Positions 1 to 13,000 of a DNA stretch of 64,000 bases are shown here, in pieces. Position numbers and translations under genes: made by a program. The DNA is from Hemiscyllium ocellatum (lineage: Eukaryota). The stretch spans positions 6,335,363 to 6,399,362 of the forward strand of contig NC_083433.1 of NCBI RefSeq assembly GCF_020745735.1. The letters are read 5' to 3'. Below the pieces are notes generated by a model that was given only the letters and a program-made list of their open reading frames with translations, was not told the DNA's origin and did no database searches. How positions within the stretch are numbered: position 1 is the first letter of the stretch; every line of letters starts with the position of its first letter.

Positions 1-229
1 ATTAAAAGACAGAGAAACTATCTATTTGCTTTTATAGATGTATTAGAGCTGCTGAAGATCAGCATCTATCAAAACAAGAATTTATTGTAATGTTGGAATC
101 CAGCACTGCCCACACTGTGTAATTGTGCACCTAATGCACCCTTAAACAAACATCTGGAACACCCTGGGTAGATTCATTGCCACCAGTCCTCCTTGTTCCT
201 ACTAGAGTATGATACCAGTACCAAAACCC

Positions 230-580
230 ATATGGTGTAAGCCATTTGGCCCATTGAGCCTGTTCCACCATTCAATGAGAACACAGAACACTTTCCTGTC
301 TTTTCCCCATAATCCTTGATTTGCTTACTGATGATAAAAACAGTCTATCTCAGCCTTGAATATACTTAACAACCCAACTCTATGATAAATAATTGCACAG
401 ATTCACTACCTTCTGAAGGAAGGAATTTCTCCTCATCTTAGTCTTAAGTATGAAACGTCTTATTCTGGATGATGCTTTCCAGTCCTGGACTTTCTCGTAA
501 GGGCGAACAACCTGTCAGCACCTACCCTGCCAAGTCCTCAAAGAACCTTGCATGTTTCAATAAGGTTGAACCTATCTTCT
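230..580 (-). mobile_element. Degenerate CR1-type LINE 3' fragment
   Basis: Eroded similarity to the CR1 3' ends elsewhere in the window (gccatttggccc..., ccaccattcaat..., atttctcctcatct). Confidence 0.5.
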
Positions 581-1659
581 GCAGTTTCTAGTTGCAGATT
601 GGAAGCAGTAGGAGAATGCAAGATGCTCCAGCTACTGATGAATCTATAGATTTATAGATATGTTTAATGTTCTGATCTTCAGAAATGCACAATTAACTGA
701 ATACCATTCATAGTTGGGCTTACTACATGATCATATATTGACTTGAAATTGAGGAAGGGTTGAGATTTAAAAGATAGGCATGGGGTTGGAAAATTGTCTG
801 ACAATGGATTTATACATTGTCCCTTCGTTCCCGAGTGTATTTTCAAAATCACAAGGTTATACAGCACAGAAGGATTCCACTCAGATAATTTTTCGTATTT
901 AGAAGCTTTACAATGTACTACTCCTTTTTGCCCTTTCCCCAGTGCTCTATATTTATCCTTTTTATCGTAGTATCTAATTCCTTTTAAAGTTCCTGTTGAA
1001 TCTCCTTCCACTGCCATTACAGACAAACGTGTTCCAAATCACAGCAACTCGCTGTGGCAAAAAAAAACCCACACCTCAACTCTTGGACTATAATGACAGT
1101 TACCTTTGGTAACCAACTTGTCCCTCAATGGAAACTTCCTCATTTATTCCTTCAGAATTTTCAAGACCACTTAAATCTCCCTCTTAACCTGCTCAAAAGA
1201 AATCCTCTTCCCTGGTCCAAAGTCCCTTGTCACTGCTATCATTTGGGTGAAACTCAAGTGCACCCTTTCCAATGACTTGACATCATTCCTGAACCATATT
1301 GGACCCAGAGTCAGTCAAAAACTCCAGTTGAGGCCTAAATTATTGTCAGTTCCATTTGTTAGTGGTAGCCTTCCTGAGATCCACATTCTTTCACCTTAAA
1401 TCATTCAACTTTCCAAAACTCTTATGAGATCAGAAGATTACTCTCTCCTCATTTTAAAAGCTGCCATTGCACTTGAATGTCAAGTCAATTATCACCAAGG
1501 CTCTGATGTTTGGGTTTTCAGCAGTAAGTCTTTGTGCTTAATCTATTTGATGATTGGAGGGAGTTGCACTTAGGTTAATGGGTGGCAGATATTCAGAATT
1601 CACTGTACTGATTTTTCTGTCATTTGTCCAAGTCTAGTTTGGAGCTATGAAAGGAATAG

Positions 1660-2015
1660 GGTGGGGTATCCTTGGCAAAGCCAAATATTTGTTGTCCACC
1701 CGCCACCCCCCATTCCAAATTGCCCTTGAGTAGAGTGGCTCACATGGCTATTTCAAAGTGTAGTTAATGGTCAACCACATTGCTGTGGATTTACAGACAC
1801 AGCCAGACCGGGTAAGGACAGAGCAGTCACAACCGCAATGAGATTTTTAAAAATGGCAATCAATGTTAGTCCCATGGTCAGCATTCCTGAAACTAGCTGG
1901 CCAAGTCCATGGTTTCAATTTATGAATTAATTGAATTTCCCATTGTCTTGATGGGGATTTGAACATGTCACCCCAGATCATGAGCCTGGATTACTTACTC
2001 CAATAATATTACCAC
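1660..2015 (-). mobile_element. Degenerate tRNA-derived SINE (SacSINE/Deu-like)
   Basis: Minus-strand head GTGGTAAT..., B-box-like GTTCAAATCCC, and body motifs gtcaaccacattgctgtgg and ggtaaggac. A related 3' fragment lies on the plus strand at about 10485-10620. Family assignment is from recall only. Confidence 0.4.
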
Positions 2016-2923
2016 GACCACTCATACATTATTCTACAGCATGCTGAGTCTGTTACTTTTGAATTGTGAATTGTATTCTGAAATGGCCCTGATAGATCTG
2101 AGACAAAACAGAGTAACTGCAGAGAAATAGATCAATTGGCCCATGTAGTTGGTACTAGTATTTCCCTTGCACCCACCAGCATTCTCATCCATCTCACATC
2201 AGACGTTTTCTAGTCACTGTACTCGGATAGGAGGAATGAGCTCAGACCTTTGATGGCTCAGAGTTAGCAGAAACTTGAATTTCTACTCTCCTTCCCCCTT
2301 CAATTCATCCATGATCTTCACCTCAACTGAAGGCAAATAGGGAGAGCAATGAGGTAAAAAGACATTGAGAGGGAAAGTATAGCAGTAAAAAATACTAGCT
2401 GGAAAAGATTGAACAAACAGCTTATATAGAAGCTGATTTCTTTACTCAAAGCCCAGAGGTTCCATCTGCTTGTCAAGTCAAATCACCCTTCACTTGCGGT
2501 GGAGCCTTTGTGAATGGAATTTACATAGGTCAGATGTTTCAGGGTGTAACCTTTTTTAAAAGATCAAACATAGATAATTATTGAAGTGCTGCTCTATCCT
2601 GTATAAAGGTCTAATTGCAACACTGATGTGCTTCGGGTTATTTTACAAACGGAGGAACCATTCCAAGTGCAAACTAATCGGAAAGTGATTGCTCAGTAGA
2701 GCAGAATGCCTGCTGACAAGGTATCTGGGAATCTGTTCGGACCAACTCGTGAACAGAAACTGGAGTATGTATATTTGGTGATCCTCAAAGACTAAGGACA
2801 GTTGCTGATGATTGCAATGTTCAACATTATCTTCAGAAACTGAAAATTGTCAGTATCCTGATGCAGTACGACATGGACAACATCTCATCTTGGAATGATA
2901 AAGTGCAAGCAAAAGGTCACATT

Positions 2924-3180
2924 GGGGCAACCCAGTGGCTCACACTACTGCCTCACAGCACCAGAGACTGGGGTTCGATTCCACCTTCATGCAACTGAGT
3001 GAAGTTTGCACATTCTCCCTGTGTTTGTGTGGGTTTCCTCCCATATTCCAAAGATGTGCCAGTTAGGGTGGATTGGCCATAGGAAATGCAAGGTTACAGG
3101 GATGGGACAGGTCTGGATGGGATGCTCTTCAGAGGTTTGGGGTGGACCTAATGGGCTGAATTGCCTGCTTCCCACTTTCT
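2924..3180 (+). mobile_element. Degenerate V-SINE (HE1-like)
   Basis: B box GGTTCGATTCC and V-domain gtttgcacattctccctgtgtttgtgtgggtttcctcc. Matches the copy at 9694-10007. Confidence 0.75.
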
Positions 3181-4419
3181 GGAAGTTATAATTTCCCCTT
3201 GGAGAGAGAATCAAACTATCTGTGGAAGGGTCACAGGACCTGAAACATTAACTCTGATTTCTCTCCAAGATGCTGCTAGAACTGCTGAACTTTTCCGGCA
3301 ATTTTGTTTCTGGTTTCCAGCATCCACAGTCCTTTTGGTTTTTAATCTAACCATCTTCTTTTCAAATTCAAAGGTATAATACACCCACCAACATCCCTAT
3401 TGTTACGACTGACCAAACCTGAACCAACCTGATGTACCTACAGTATTGAAGAGCAACTTAGAGACAAGGAAATCTACAGCAATGACTCGCTCCTGGAATA
3501 TTTTGCCACCATCTAATCCACTTGCTTGGATGAATACAGTTCCCTCAACACTCAAAGACTCAGGCCATCGAGGACAAAGCAGTCAGCACTACATCCACCA
3601 CTTAACTTCATCACCAGGACAGAGAGAGACACAAGTGTACAAGCAGTTACTAAAGCGCCTTCAATTGTGCATTCATTGAACAAAATGAGAGATACATGGA
3701 AACTCCACTGACAGTTACATATTGACTTGGAACAGTGTTCCTTTTGCATCACAAGGTAAAAATCTGATACTTCCTAACAGAAGTGTGGCTGCCCTTATCC
3801 CTATCCTACCCGAGGACTGCAGTGGTTCAAGGCAGCATCTCGCCACCGTTTCACTTGCAACAAATGATGGCCCAGTCAGCAAAACCTATGTCCCATGAGC
3901 AAGGTTTAAAAAAAATCCCTTTGACCATGACACCATGGCAGCTACACCTAATGTTACTCCACCCAGTACGGGGAATCCATCCCCAGTGTCACAGCCTGAG
4001 CATCCAAGATGGAACCAGACCCTCCACTGCCTGGAAAGGAAGCCATCACCCCATCATGGTTAATAATAAGATTGCTCAAATCCCAACAAAAACACCTTGG
4101 ATGATGTGGTCATCTGTGTGAGAGAGGGGAGTGAAATAACTCCACAGAGGCTGGTATCCCAGCATCAAGTAACCTTTTCATGACACATGGAAACTCCTTG
4201 CTGTTGGTCTGGCTTCCTCAGAGCCAGCTCTCCAATCGAACAGAACCCCAGACACTCATGCAGGGCTGCCTGATTGGACTAGTTAACTGCCCCAAATCAG
4301 GGAACTCATTCTGAGGACAACCTGGCTGACCATGTTAACACTACGCTGAGCCACAGACAAGGACTGCCAAGATTATAAAGGAAGTTTGGCATCTATTGCA
4401 TGGGAAAGTAACGGTTGTT

Positions 4420-4720
4420 GTTTTTTCCCTCCGATGGGGAATTTCAAGTCTAGGGGACACATTAAGGACAGAGGAAGAAGATTTTAAAAAGACTAAGGGG
4501 CAAACTTTTTACTCAATAGTTTGCATGTGGAATGATCTTCCTGCAGAAGTGGTAGATGTGGGTACAATTACAACATTTAAAAGATATTTGGATAAGTTCA
4601 TGAATAGGAAAGGTTTGGAGGGATATGGGCCAGGAGCAGAAGGGTTTGGTTTGGGATTGTGTTCGGCATGGATGTTTGGCATGGACTGGTTGGGCCGAAG
4701 GGCCTGTTTGTGGTGTCTGA
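4420..4720 (+). mobile_element. CR1 LINE 3' fragment
   Basis: WNDLPAEVV...TFKRYLDKFMNRKGLEGYGP followed by the 3' tail gggccgaagggcctgttt. Confidence 0.8.
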
Positions 4721-5227
4721 CTGAATAACTGACCAAACAGATGAAGAACAGAAGTAGGCCAACCAATCCCCTGAGCTCTATCAGAAGCAGCAAGATCAAG
4801 GCTTGTCTTCTGATGAAGGATGAACTGATACGTTTGAGTTGACAAATCAAATGTCAGTTATTCTCCAGGTATTTTATATTAATGTTAAAGTAAAATCAAC
4901 ATTCCACTTAAATTTTCCTGAAGGGTTTGATTTTTCTCCAGTTAAATGTTTTCAGCAATAACATGCCCAGCAACTGCACCCTCATGTCAAACCCAATAAC
5001 CATCAAATAAAAAAAACACATTTCACTCAGGCAGCAACTATAGAGTGTTTGATAAATGAAGCACCTCCAAAGCTGATTAGCCCAAATTTGGAAAACAGGA
5101 TATTACTCATTAGGATTTGTGCCAATTAACTAGTTATTCCATTTTAGCAGGATGTTAAAAAAAATTAAAGAAATTTCTGATGAGCATTGAACACCACCCT
5201 CGTGGCAATGGATCAGTATCCTGAAGT

Positions 5228-5335
5228 TATAGATGAAGGAGCACTGCTCTGAAAGCTTGTGATTCCAAGTAAACTTGTTGGACTATAACCTGGTGGGATG
5301 TGACTTCTGATTTTGTCCAGCTCAGTCCAACAGCT
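5228..5335 (+). mobile_element. Short Penelope-like terminal fragment with eroded hammerhead motif
   Basis: gatgaa-ggagc-act-gctct-gaaa-gcttgtg...tgttggactataacctggtg matches the terminus at 56190-56310. Confidence 0.55.
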
Positions 5336-5602
5336 TGGTATCAGAAGTAAATTCTGTGACTGAATGAGAATTGTGGAATTGGACCCATCATGAAAACGTC
5401 AAAACACATCATTCCTTCCTGCCCCCACCCCCTTTCAGCATTAAGTAATCTCCTGCAGATATAAAGATGCATGACCCTTCCCTACACCAAGCTGAAGAAG
5501 TTAAAAAGTAATTGCAATCTCTTGTCAGTTATAACTATTGTGAACAATGTGCTATATGAGCAATTTGATATTAGGTAGGTAAGGAGGAAGAAAGGATCAC
5601 CG

Positions 5603-6393
5603 TGAGGTGCTGCATTTTGGGAAAGCAAATCTTAGCAGGACTTATACACTTAATGGTAAGGTCCTAGGGAGTGTTGCTGAACAAAGAGACCTTGGAGTGC
5701 AGGTTCATAGCTCCTTGAAAGTGGAGTCACAGGTAGATAGGATAGTGAAGAAGGCGTTTGATATGCTTTCCTTTATTGGTCAGAGTATTGAGTACAGGAG
5801 TTGGGAGGTCATGTTGCGGCTGTACAGGACATTGGTTAGGCCACTAGTGGAATATTGCATGCAATTCTGGTCTCCTTCCTATCGGAAAGATGTTGTGAAA
5901 TTTGAAAGGGTTCAGAAAAGATTTACAAGGATGTTGCCAGGGTTGGAGGATCTGAGCTACAGGGAGAGGCTGAACAGGTTGGGTTTGTTTTCCCTGGAGC
6001 GTCAGAGGCTGAGGGGTGACCTTATAGAGGTTTACAAAATTATGAGGGGCATGGATAGGATAAATAGACAAAGTCTTTTCCCTGGGGTCAGGGAATCCAG
6101 AACTAGAGGGCATAGGTTTAGGGTGAGGGGGGAAAGATATAAAAGAGACCTAAGGGGCAACTTTTTCACGCAGAGGGTGGTACGTGTATGGAATGAGCTG
6201 CCAGTGGATGTGGTGGAGGCTGGTACAATTGCAACATTTAAGAGGCATTTGGATGGGTATATGAATAGGAAGGGTTTGGAAGGATATGGACCGGGTGCTG
6301 ATAGGTGGGACTAGATTGGGTTGGGATATCTGGTCGGCATGGACGGGTTGGACCGAAGGGTCTGTTTCCATGCTGTACATCTCTATGACTCTA
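5603..6393 (+). mobile_element. CR1 (HER1-like) LINE, 5'-truncated, with ORF2 C-terminus
   Basis: ORF 5607-6314 contains LYRTLVRPLVEYCMQFWSP, LERQRLRGDLIEVYKI, TRGH and FFTQRVVRVWNELP. It ends in a ctctatga-type tail. Confidence 0.92.
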
Positions 6394-7563
6394 TACCAGC
6401 TTTTGTCAGGAAGAACAGGACAAAAAATAAAATCACTTTACCAAAATTCAATTCTATCCAATGAGATGGTTCTATCTAAACTGAACTGAGTTTGCATTTG
6501 ACTTCACTTTACTCAGTAAGTTCAAGGCTGGTTAAAAATTAACTCTTTCAGGATGGGAAAAGACATCCAAAAAAGGAGATTTCTGGATGATTTAGGGGCA
6601 TTCTGTCTGCAACAGGAAATGAGGTAACTTCTCCCAGGGAAGACAGTCATTGGCAAACAGCACTGACATTATGGCAACAAGTTACAATAGAATGGAAAGC
6701 TATCATTAGTTTAGTTAACAAACTCAGGGAAGAAAACCCATGGCAAGAATTCTGCCCGAAAGGGCAGAACTGTCTTGTTAGTAGGCAAGAAATTAGGCAT
6801 TTAACATCAACCCCATTAAATAGACAATAGACAATAGGTGCAGGAGCAGGCCATTCTGTCCTTCGAGCCTGCACCACCATTCAATATGATCATGGCTGAT
6901 CATCCTCAATCAGTATCCTGTTCCTGCCTTATCTCCATAACCCTTGATTCCACTATCCTTGAGAGCTCTATCCAAATCTTTCTTAAATGAATCCAGAGAC
7001 TGGGCCTCCACTGCCCTTTGGGGCAGAGCATTCCACACAGCCACCACTCTAGGTGAAGAAGTTTCTCCTCATCTCTGTCCTAAATGGCCTACCCCTTATT
7101 TTTAAACTGTGTCCTCTGGTTCGGGACTCACCCATCAGTGGAAACATGTTTCCTGCCTCCAGAGTGTCCAATCCTTTAATACTCTTATACGCCTCAATCA
7201 GATCCCCTCTGTTGTTCTTTAAAAGCTTCCAAGTCCTCTGTTTTCCCACTTATCTTTGCTATGTTATACTTTTTCTCTTTTGACTTTATAGGTTTCTTAA
7301 CTTCCCTCGTCAGCTACAGCCACCCCTGTCTCCTCATAGGATCTTTCTTCCTTTTAGGAATGAACTGATCCTGCATCTCCTGCACTATACCCAGAAATAT
7401 CTGCCATTGTTCCTCCACTGTCATCCCTGCTAAGGTATTGCACCATTGAACTTTGGCCAGCTCCTCCCTCATAGCTCCATAGTTCCCTTTATTCAACTGA
7501 AATATTGTCACTACCGATTGTATCTTCTCCCTCTCAAATTACAGATTGAAGCTTATTGTATTA

Positions 7564-8225
7564 TTGTAGTGGTTCTGTTCGCCGAGCTGGAAGTTTTTGT
7601 TGCAAACGTTTCGTCCCCTGGCTAGGAGACATCATCAGTGCTGTGGAGCTCCTGCGAAGCGCTTTTTTGATGTTTCTTCCGGCATTTACAGTGGTCTGTC
7701 CTTGCCGCTTCCAGGTGTCAGTTTCAGCTGTCCGCTGTAGTGATTGGTATATTGGGTCCAGGTCGATGTGTCTGTTGATGGAATTTGTGGATGAATGCCA
7801 TGCCTCTAGGAATTCCCTTGCTGTTCTCTGTCTGGCTTGCCCTATGATAGTAGTGTTTTCCCAGTCGAATTCATGTCGCGACATGAATTCGACTGGGAAA
7901 ACACTACTATCATAGGGCAAGCCAGACAGAGAACAGCAAGGGAATTCCTAGAGGCATGGCATTCATCCACAAATTCCATCAACAGACACATCGACCTGGA
8001 CCCAATATACCAATCACTACAGCGGACAGCTGAAACTGACACCTGGAAGCGGCAAGGACAGACCACTGTAAATGCCGGAAGAAACATCAAAGAAGCGCTT
8101 CGCAGGAGGCTCCACAGCACTGATGATGTCTCCTAGCCAGAGGACGAAACGTTTGCAACAAAAACTTCCAGCTCGGCGAACAGAACCACTACAACAAGCA
8201 CCCGAGCTACAAATCTTCGCACAAA
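7564..8225 (+). mobile_element. Penelope-like element 3' fragment forming a spacerless ~315-bp-arm palindrome
   Basis: Centre at 7878/7879 (gtcg|cgac). Encodes a GIY-YIG C-terminal piece (HEFDWENTTIIG...REFLEAWH). TSD cttattgtattat at 7552-7564 and 8226-8238. Confidence 0.88.
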
Positions 8226-9442
8226 CTTATTGTATTATGGTCACTACCTCCTAATGGCTCCTTCTCTTCGAGGTCCCTGATCTATTCTGGTTCGTTGCAC
8301 AAGACCAGATCCAGAATTGCCTTCTCCCTGGTAGGCAGCACCAGCTGTTCTAAGAATCCATCTCGGAGGCACTCCACAAAATCTCTTTCTTGAGGTCCAA
8401 TACCATTCTGATTCTCCCAGTCTACCTGCATGTTGAAATCCCCCATAGCAACTGTAGTAACATCTTTGTGACAGGCCAATTTCAGCTCCTTATTCAACTT
8501 ACACCCTACATCCATACTACTGTTTGGGGGCCTGTAGATAACTCCCGAGAGGGTCTTTCTACCCTTAGAATTTCTCAGCTCTATCCATACTGACTCTACA
8601 TCCCCTGATTCTAAGTCCCCTCGCGCAAAGGACTGAATATCATCCCTTACCAACAGGGCCACCCCACCCCTTCTGCCTGTCAGTCTGTCCTTACAATAGC
8701 ATGTATAGTCTTGAATATTCATTTCCCAGGCCCTGTCCACTTGAAGCCACGTCTCAGTTTCCCCACAATATCGTAGCTGCCAATTTCCAAAAGAGCCTCA
8801 AGCTCATCCATCTTATTTCTAATACTTTGTGCATTCATATACAGTATTTTTAATTTGTTACTGCCCTCACCCTTCCTATCAACCCCTATCCTATTTCACT
8901 CAACCTTACAGCATGATCCCTTTTTGGGTTTTCTGCTTCATTGATATCGTTGTCTTTCTTGACTTCCTTTGTTCTAACTTTCCCTTAAATTTCCTTCTTT
9001 AACTTCCAGCTTGTTCCCCGTGCCTCCCCACCCCCCCACTATTTAGTTTAAACACAGTTGTGTTGCAGTAGCAAACCTGCCTGCCAGAATTCTGGTCCCC
9101 AACCTATTAAACCATCTCTTTTGTATAATTTATGCTTACCACAAAACATACCCCAGTGATCCAAGAATTTAAATCCTTGCTTCCTGCACCAGTTCCCCAG
9201 CCACACATTCAAGTCCATTATCTCCTTGTTCCTGGCCTCTCCAGTCCAAGGAACTGGAAGCAAACCGGAGATAACCACTCTGGACGTCCTGCTTTTCAGC
9301 CTTCTTCCTAGTTCTCCGAAGTCCCACTGTAGTATGTTCCTCCTCTTCTTCCCGACATCATTTGTGCTGACATGTACCACCATCGCTGGCTCTTCACCTT
9401 CGCCCTTGAGGATTTCCTGCACTTTGTCTGCGATGTCCTTAA

Positions 9443-9618
9443 GAACAAACCACTATAAATACCGGAAGAAACATCAAAGCAGCACTTCACAGGAGGCTCC
9501 AGTAGCACTGATGATGTTCCCTAGCCAGGGAACGAAACGTTTGCAGCAAAAACTTCCAGCTCGGCGAACAGAACCACAACAACGGACACCCGAGCTACAA
9601 ATCTTCAACCAGACTTTA
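9443..9618 (+). mobile_element. Penelope-like terminal fragment
   Basis: Homologous to 8060-8225. 11-bp TSD gatgtccttaa at 9432-9442 and 9619-9629. Confidence 0.85.
9502..9547 (+). ncRNA. Minimal type I hammerhead ribozyme motif (PLE-associated)
   Basis: gca-CTGATGA-t-GTTCCCT-agcc-AGGGAAC-GAAAC-GTT-tgc, with a perfect 7-bp stem II. Homologues are at 8117-8156 (+) and 7601-7641 (-). Confidence 0.65.
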
Positions 9619-9693
9619 GATGTCCTTAATCCTGGCACCAGGAAGGCTACACACCATCCTTAAATCTGGGCCAGTTGTGACTGAGTCGTATTC

Positions 9694-10007
9694 TTAGATT
9701 ACTTACAGTGTGGAAACAGGCCCTTCGGCCCAACAAGTCCACACCGACCCGCCGAAGCGCAACCCACCCATACCCATACCCTTATATTTACCCCTTACCT
9801 AACACTACGGGCAATTTAGCATGGCCAATTCACCTGACCCGCACATCTTTGGACTGTGGGAGGAAACCGGAGCACCCGGAGGAAACCCACGCAGACACGG
9901 GGAGAATGTGCAAACTCCACACAGTCAGTCGCCTGAGTCGGGAATTGAACCCGGGTCTTCAGGCGCTGTGAGGCAGCAGTGCTAACCACTGTGCCACCGT
10001 GCCGCCC
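9694..10007 (-). mobile_element. Full-length tRNA-derived V-SINE (HE1-like)
   Basis: A box TGGCACAGTGG, B box GGTTCAATTCC, central V domain, and a 3' tail shared with CR1 (GGGCCGAAGGGCCTGTTTCC...AATCTAA). Confidence 0.9.
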
Positions 10008-13000
10008 ACAAATTAGTTACTCAACTGAATCTGAATAGAATATCCTTGGTCACGAGTCTGTACTGCACTTGCAGTTTACATCACCCCTCATGGTACCAGC
10101 TTAAGTATAGGTACAAATCTAAGACACAAAGAGAAATGAAAAAGAAAAGTTGCATTATCGTAGTGGTTCTTAGATGACAGTTAAGAGGATAAACGTGAAA
10201 TTATAGACAAGCATTAGCACAAGCACAGCACAGGGGTTCCACATGTGCTCTGACCAGTCTTCCAAGCTACTGACTGTCTGCACCAGCTTAGTTCCTGCTC
10301 TGCTCCAGAGCTCCAGCTCCCTTGCTCCAACTCTCAGCTGCTTCAAGTTTTACCATTCGAGAAAACAAATCTTAGGAAGTCTGGAACTCAAGTACACTGT
10401 TTGGGGATATGAAGAATCCCACCATGGCAGATGAAGTTTGAATAAAGTGCAAGATTAGTGGTGACAAAATTATACAGTTTACTTTAAGTCCTTTAAGGAA
10501 AGAAATCAACCAACCTTACCTGGTCTGGCCTAAACATGACTCCACACCCACAACTGTGTGGCAGACTCACCAGCATTCTGGGTAATTGGGAAATGCTTAT
10601 TAAAACTGGCCAAACAAGTGACACACCATCAGTGACTAAAATTAATGGACATCATTGTTCAGAAAAATGGCCTCATCCACTCTAACAGTGGAAACGGAGG
10701 CATTAGAACTTGAACTGATTTTACCCAAAAAGGGCCTAGAATGTAGAACATGAACACTCATGAGAATGTTTCAGGTTGAGGTGATAATCTAGGTTTGGTT
10801 ATTTGTTTGTAATTCTTGATTTATAGAAAGCCATTTCATGTTCAAGCACTTATTTTTACCTGGTGACAATTTCAAGAATTCTTGAGACTTCAGCACCTGG
10901 TGATTTCTTCCAAAATCTGAATCTAAACCCACCATGTTCCCAAAACAAAAACAGCTTGTCAAATCACAAGCTTGCTCATGTCTGGGAGATAAGACTAGTT
11001 TTTTCAGATGCAGTCTTGCTCCCTGCAGTCAATTCAGTCACTCTCCTCCATCCCACATCTTCGTAACAAAGGTCTCCTCTTACTTTTGTCTGCTCCAAGG
11101 AGAATAAGCTCAATTTCTTTAATCATTCCTTTTATCTAAAATCCCTCATTCCTAGTGTCATTCTTGTAAATCTCTTTTGCACTCTCTCCAGGGCTTTACT
11201 GTCCTTCCTTGAATTAAGGTGTCCGGAACTGAACTGAACACTGCAAATGTGGTCTGACCAATGATTTGTAGAGGTGTATCATCATTCCCCTGCTTTTATG
11301 CCTCACTTTAAAAACATAAGGATCCTATAAGCCTCCTTAACAACTATTTCATCTTCCCTAGACACCTTCAGCAAATCATTTACTTGAACCCCTAAGGTCC
11401 CTCTGCCCCTGTACTCCCCTCAGAGTTGTTCCATTGAATCTGCATTGATTCTCATATCAAATGCATTACATCGCATTTCTCTGCATTGAGATTTGGAAAT
11501 AATTGCCAACATCAAATCTTGCCCTGTAAAAATGTACTAATATTAGTTTTCAAATTTTCAGTTGGCCCTATGTGCATGCATGGGTGTATCATACACGTTT
11601 GTATTTTGTGTGCTTGCGCATATATGTGCATGTGTGTGTGTGTTTGCATGTATGTGCATCCACTATCCTTCCTGTGAAGAAGCCATTCTTAACATCATGC
11701 TGGACAGTTTAGTTCTAATGTGAAGATTATAATCTCATTCCACATCATCAGTTCTACTTGACCCATTGAGAAGAAACCGTTCCTCTGTATCTACTCTGTC
11801 AAATCCATTAATTGCAATTACATTCATCCCTTAACCTTCTACCCTGAGGATTGTGGGCAAACTGTTGATGTCATTTAACCAGCTCTTTATCGCGGAGTTC
11901 ATTCAGAAATTCAGGGCTGCACCATCTCCGCCTGAACTGAGCACTCCAGATGTGGTTGAACCAGAAATTGACAATTTTATAAAGATCCTCCATCCAGAGG
12001 GATTTGAACCTCTTTCAGATCAGGACTAATGTTAAATTAGTTTCTTTGCTTTGTGTTTTTACATCTGTTCACTACATTTCTGTCCACTTGTCTGAATAAT
12101 TTCATTTTGATCATTAGCTTTGATGACACAGCAGAAGATGTCACCTTTTATAAAACACCGTGAATTGTCTTTCTTGGTCAGAAGTGGATCACTTTACGCT
12201 TCCCCTCACTATCCTGTAGCTACCAGTCTTGCCCACTCCATTAAACTTTGCAACATTCTGCTCTCATGATAATGTGGCAGCTGATGTAGCGTCATCATTT
12301 TATTAATGATCCTTCATTCCTTCATCTAGAACATTGATCAATCTCATGAAAAGTGGTGTTTCCCAGTGCCTCTCCTTGGGAAAAGCAATCAGATCTTGCT
12401 ATTTTTTTAATGCACTCGTGGGATGAGGGTGCTGTTGGCTGGACCAGCATTTATTGCCCATCCTTAAATTACACTTGTGAAGATGGTGGTGGTGATGATT
12501 TGCCTTCTTGAATTTCTGCTGTTGCCCATCTGATGGAGGTAGACCCACAATCCTGTTAGGGAGAGAATCCAGGATTTTGACTCAGCAACAGGGGAAAGAA
12601 GAGTGACATAATTCCAAATCAAAATGGTGAGTGGCTCAGAGAGGAACTTGCAGGGGGTGGAGTTCCCATGTATTTTTGCTCTTGTTCTTCTAGGTGGAAG
12701 TGGTCATGGTGTTAGAATATACTGTCTAAGGTCCTTTGGTGAATTCCTACAGCATTTGGTAGATGGTACACCTTGCAGTTCCTAAGTAGCTGGAAGGAAT
12801 GTAGGTAAGTAGGTGGAAGGAATGAATGTTGGTGGCTATTGTGCCAATCAATCACGGTGGACTACTTTGAACTAGAGGGTGTCAAGATCCTGGACTGTTG
12901 TTAGCACACTTCCCATTATCCTGACTAACAACCCCTCCCCAAACCAGTTCCCCACCCACATTCTGTATTTTCATTTCTCCCAGTGATCACGTGTGATCCC

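Larger units (their letters stand above)
6822..9660 (-). mobile_element. Internally deleted or composite CR1 LINE: ORF1 esterase-like domain, APE endonuclease and 3' end
   Basis: 9048-9422 is SGNH-esterase-like (VVHVSTND, VVISGLLP, YKRDGL). 8282-8740 is the endonuclease (GGVALLV, IYRPP, GDFN, LDLVL). The 3' end at 6822-7205 has a (ctattgt) tail. Two Penelope-like insertions interrupt it. Confidence 0.85.

Noticed and set aside
679-4121. Short ORFs in the first 4 kb
   Set aside because: They show no recognisable domains or consistent splice structure, and several overlap decayed repeats. A small exon of a neighbouring gene cannot be excluded by eye.
9930-10007. tRNA-like sequence with A and B boxes (also near 40672, 44693, 2924)
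   Set aside because: It is the head of a V-SINE, continuous with the SINE body and LINE-derived tail, not a tRNA gene.
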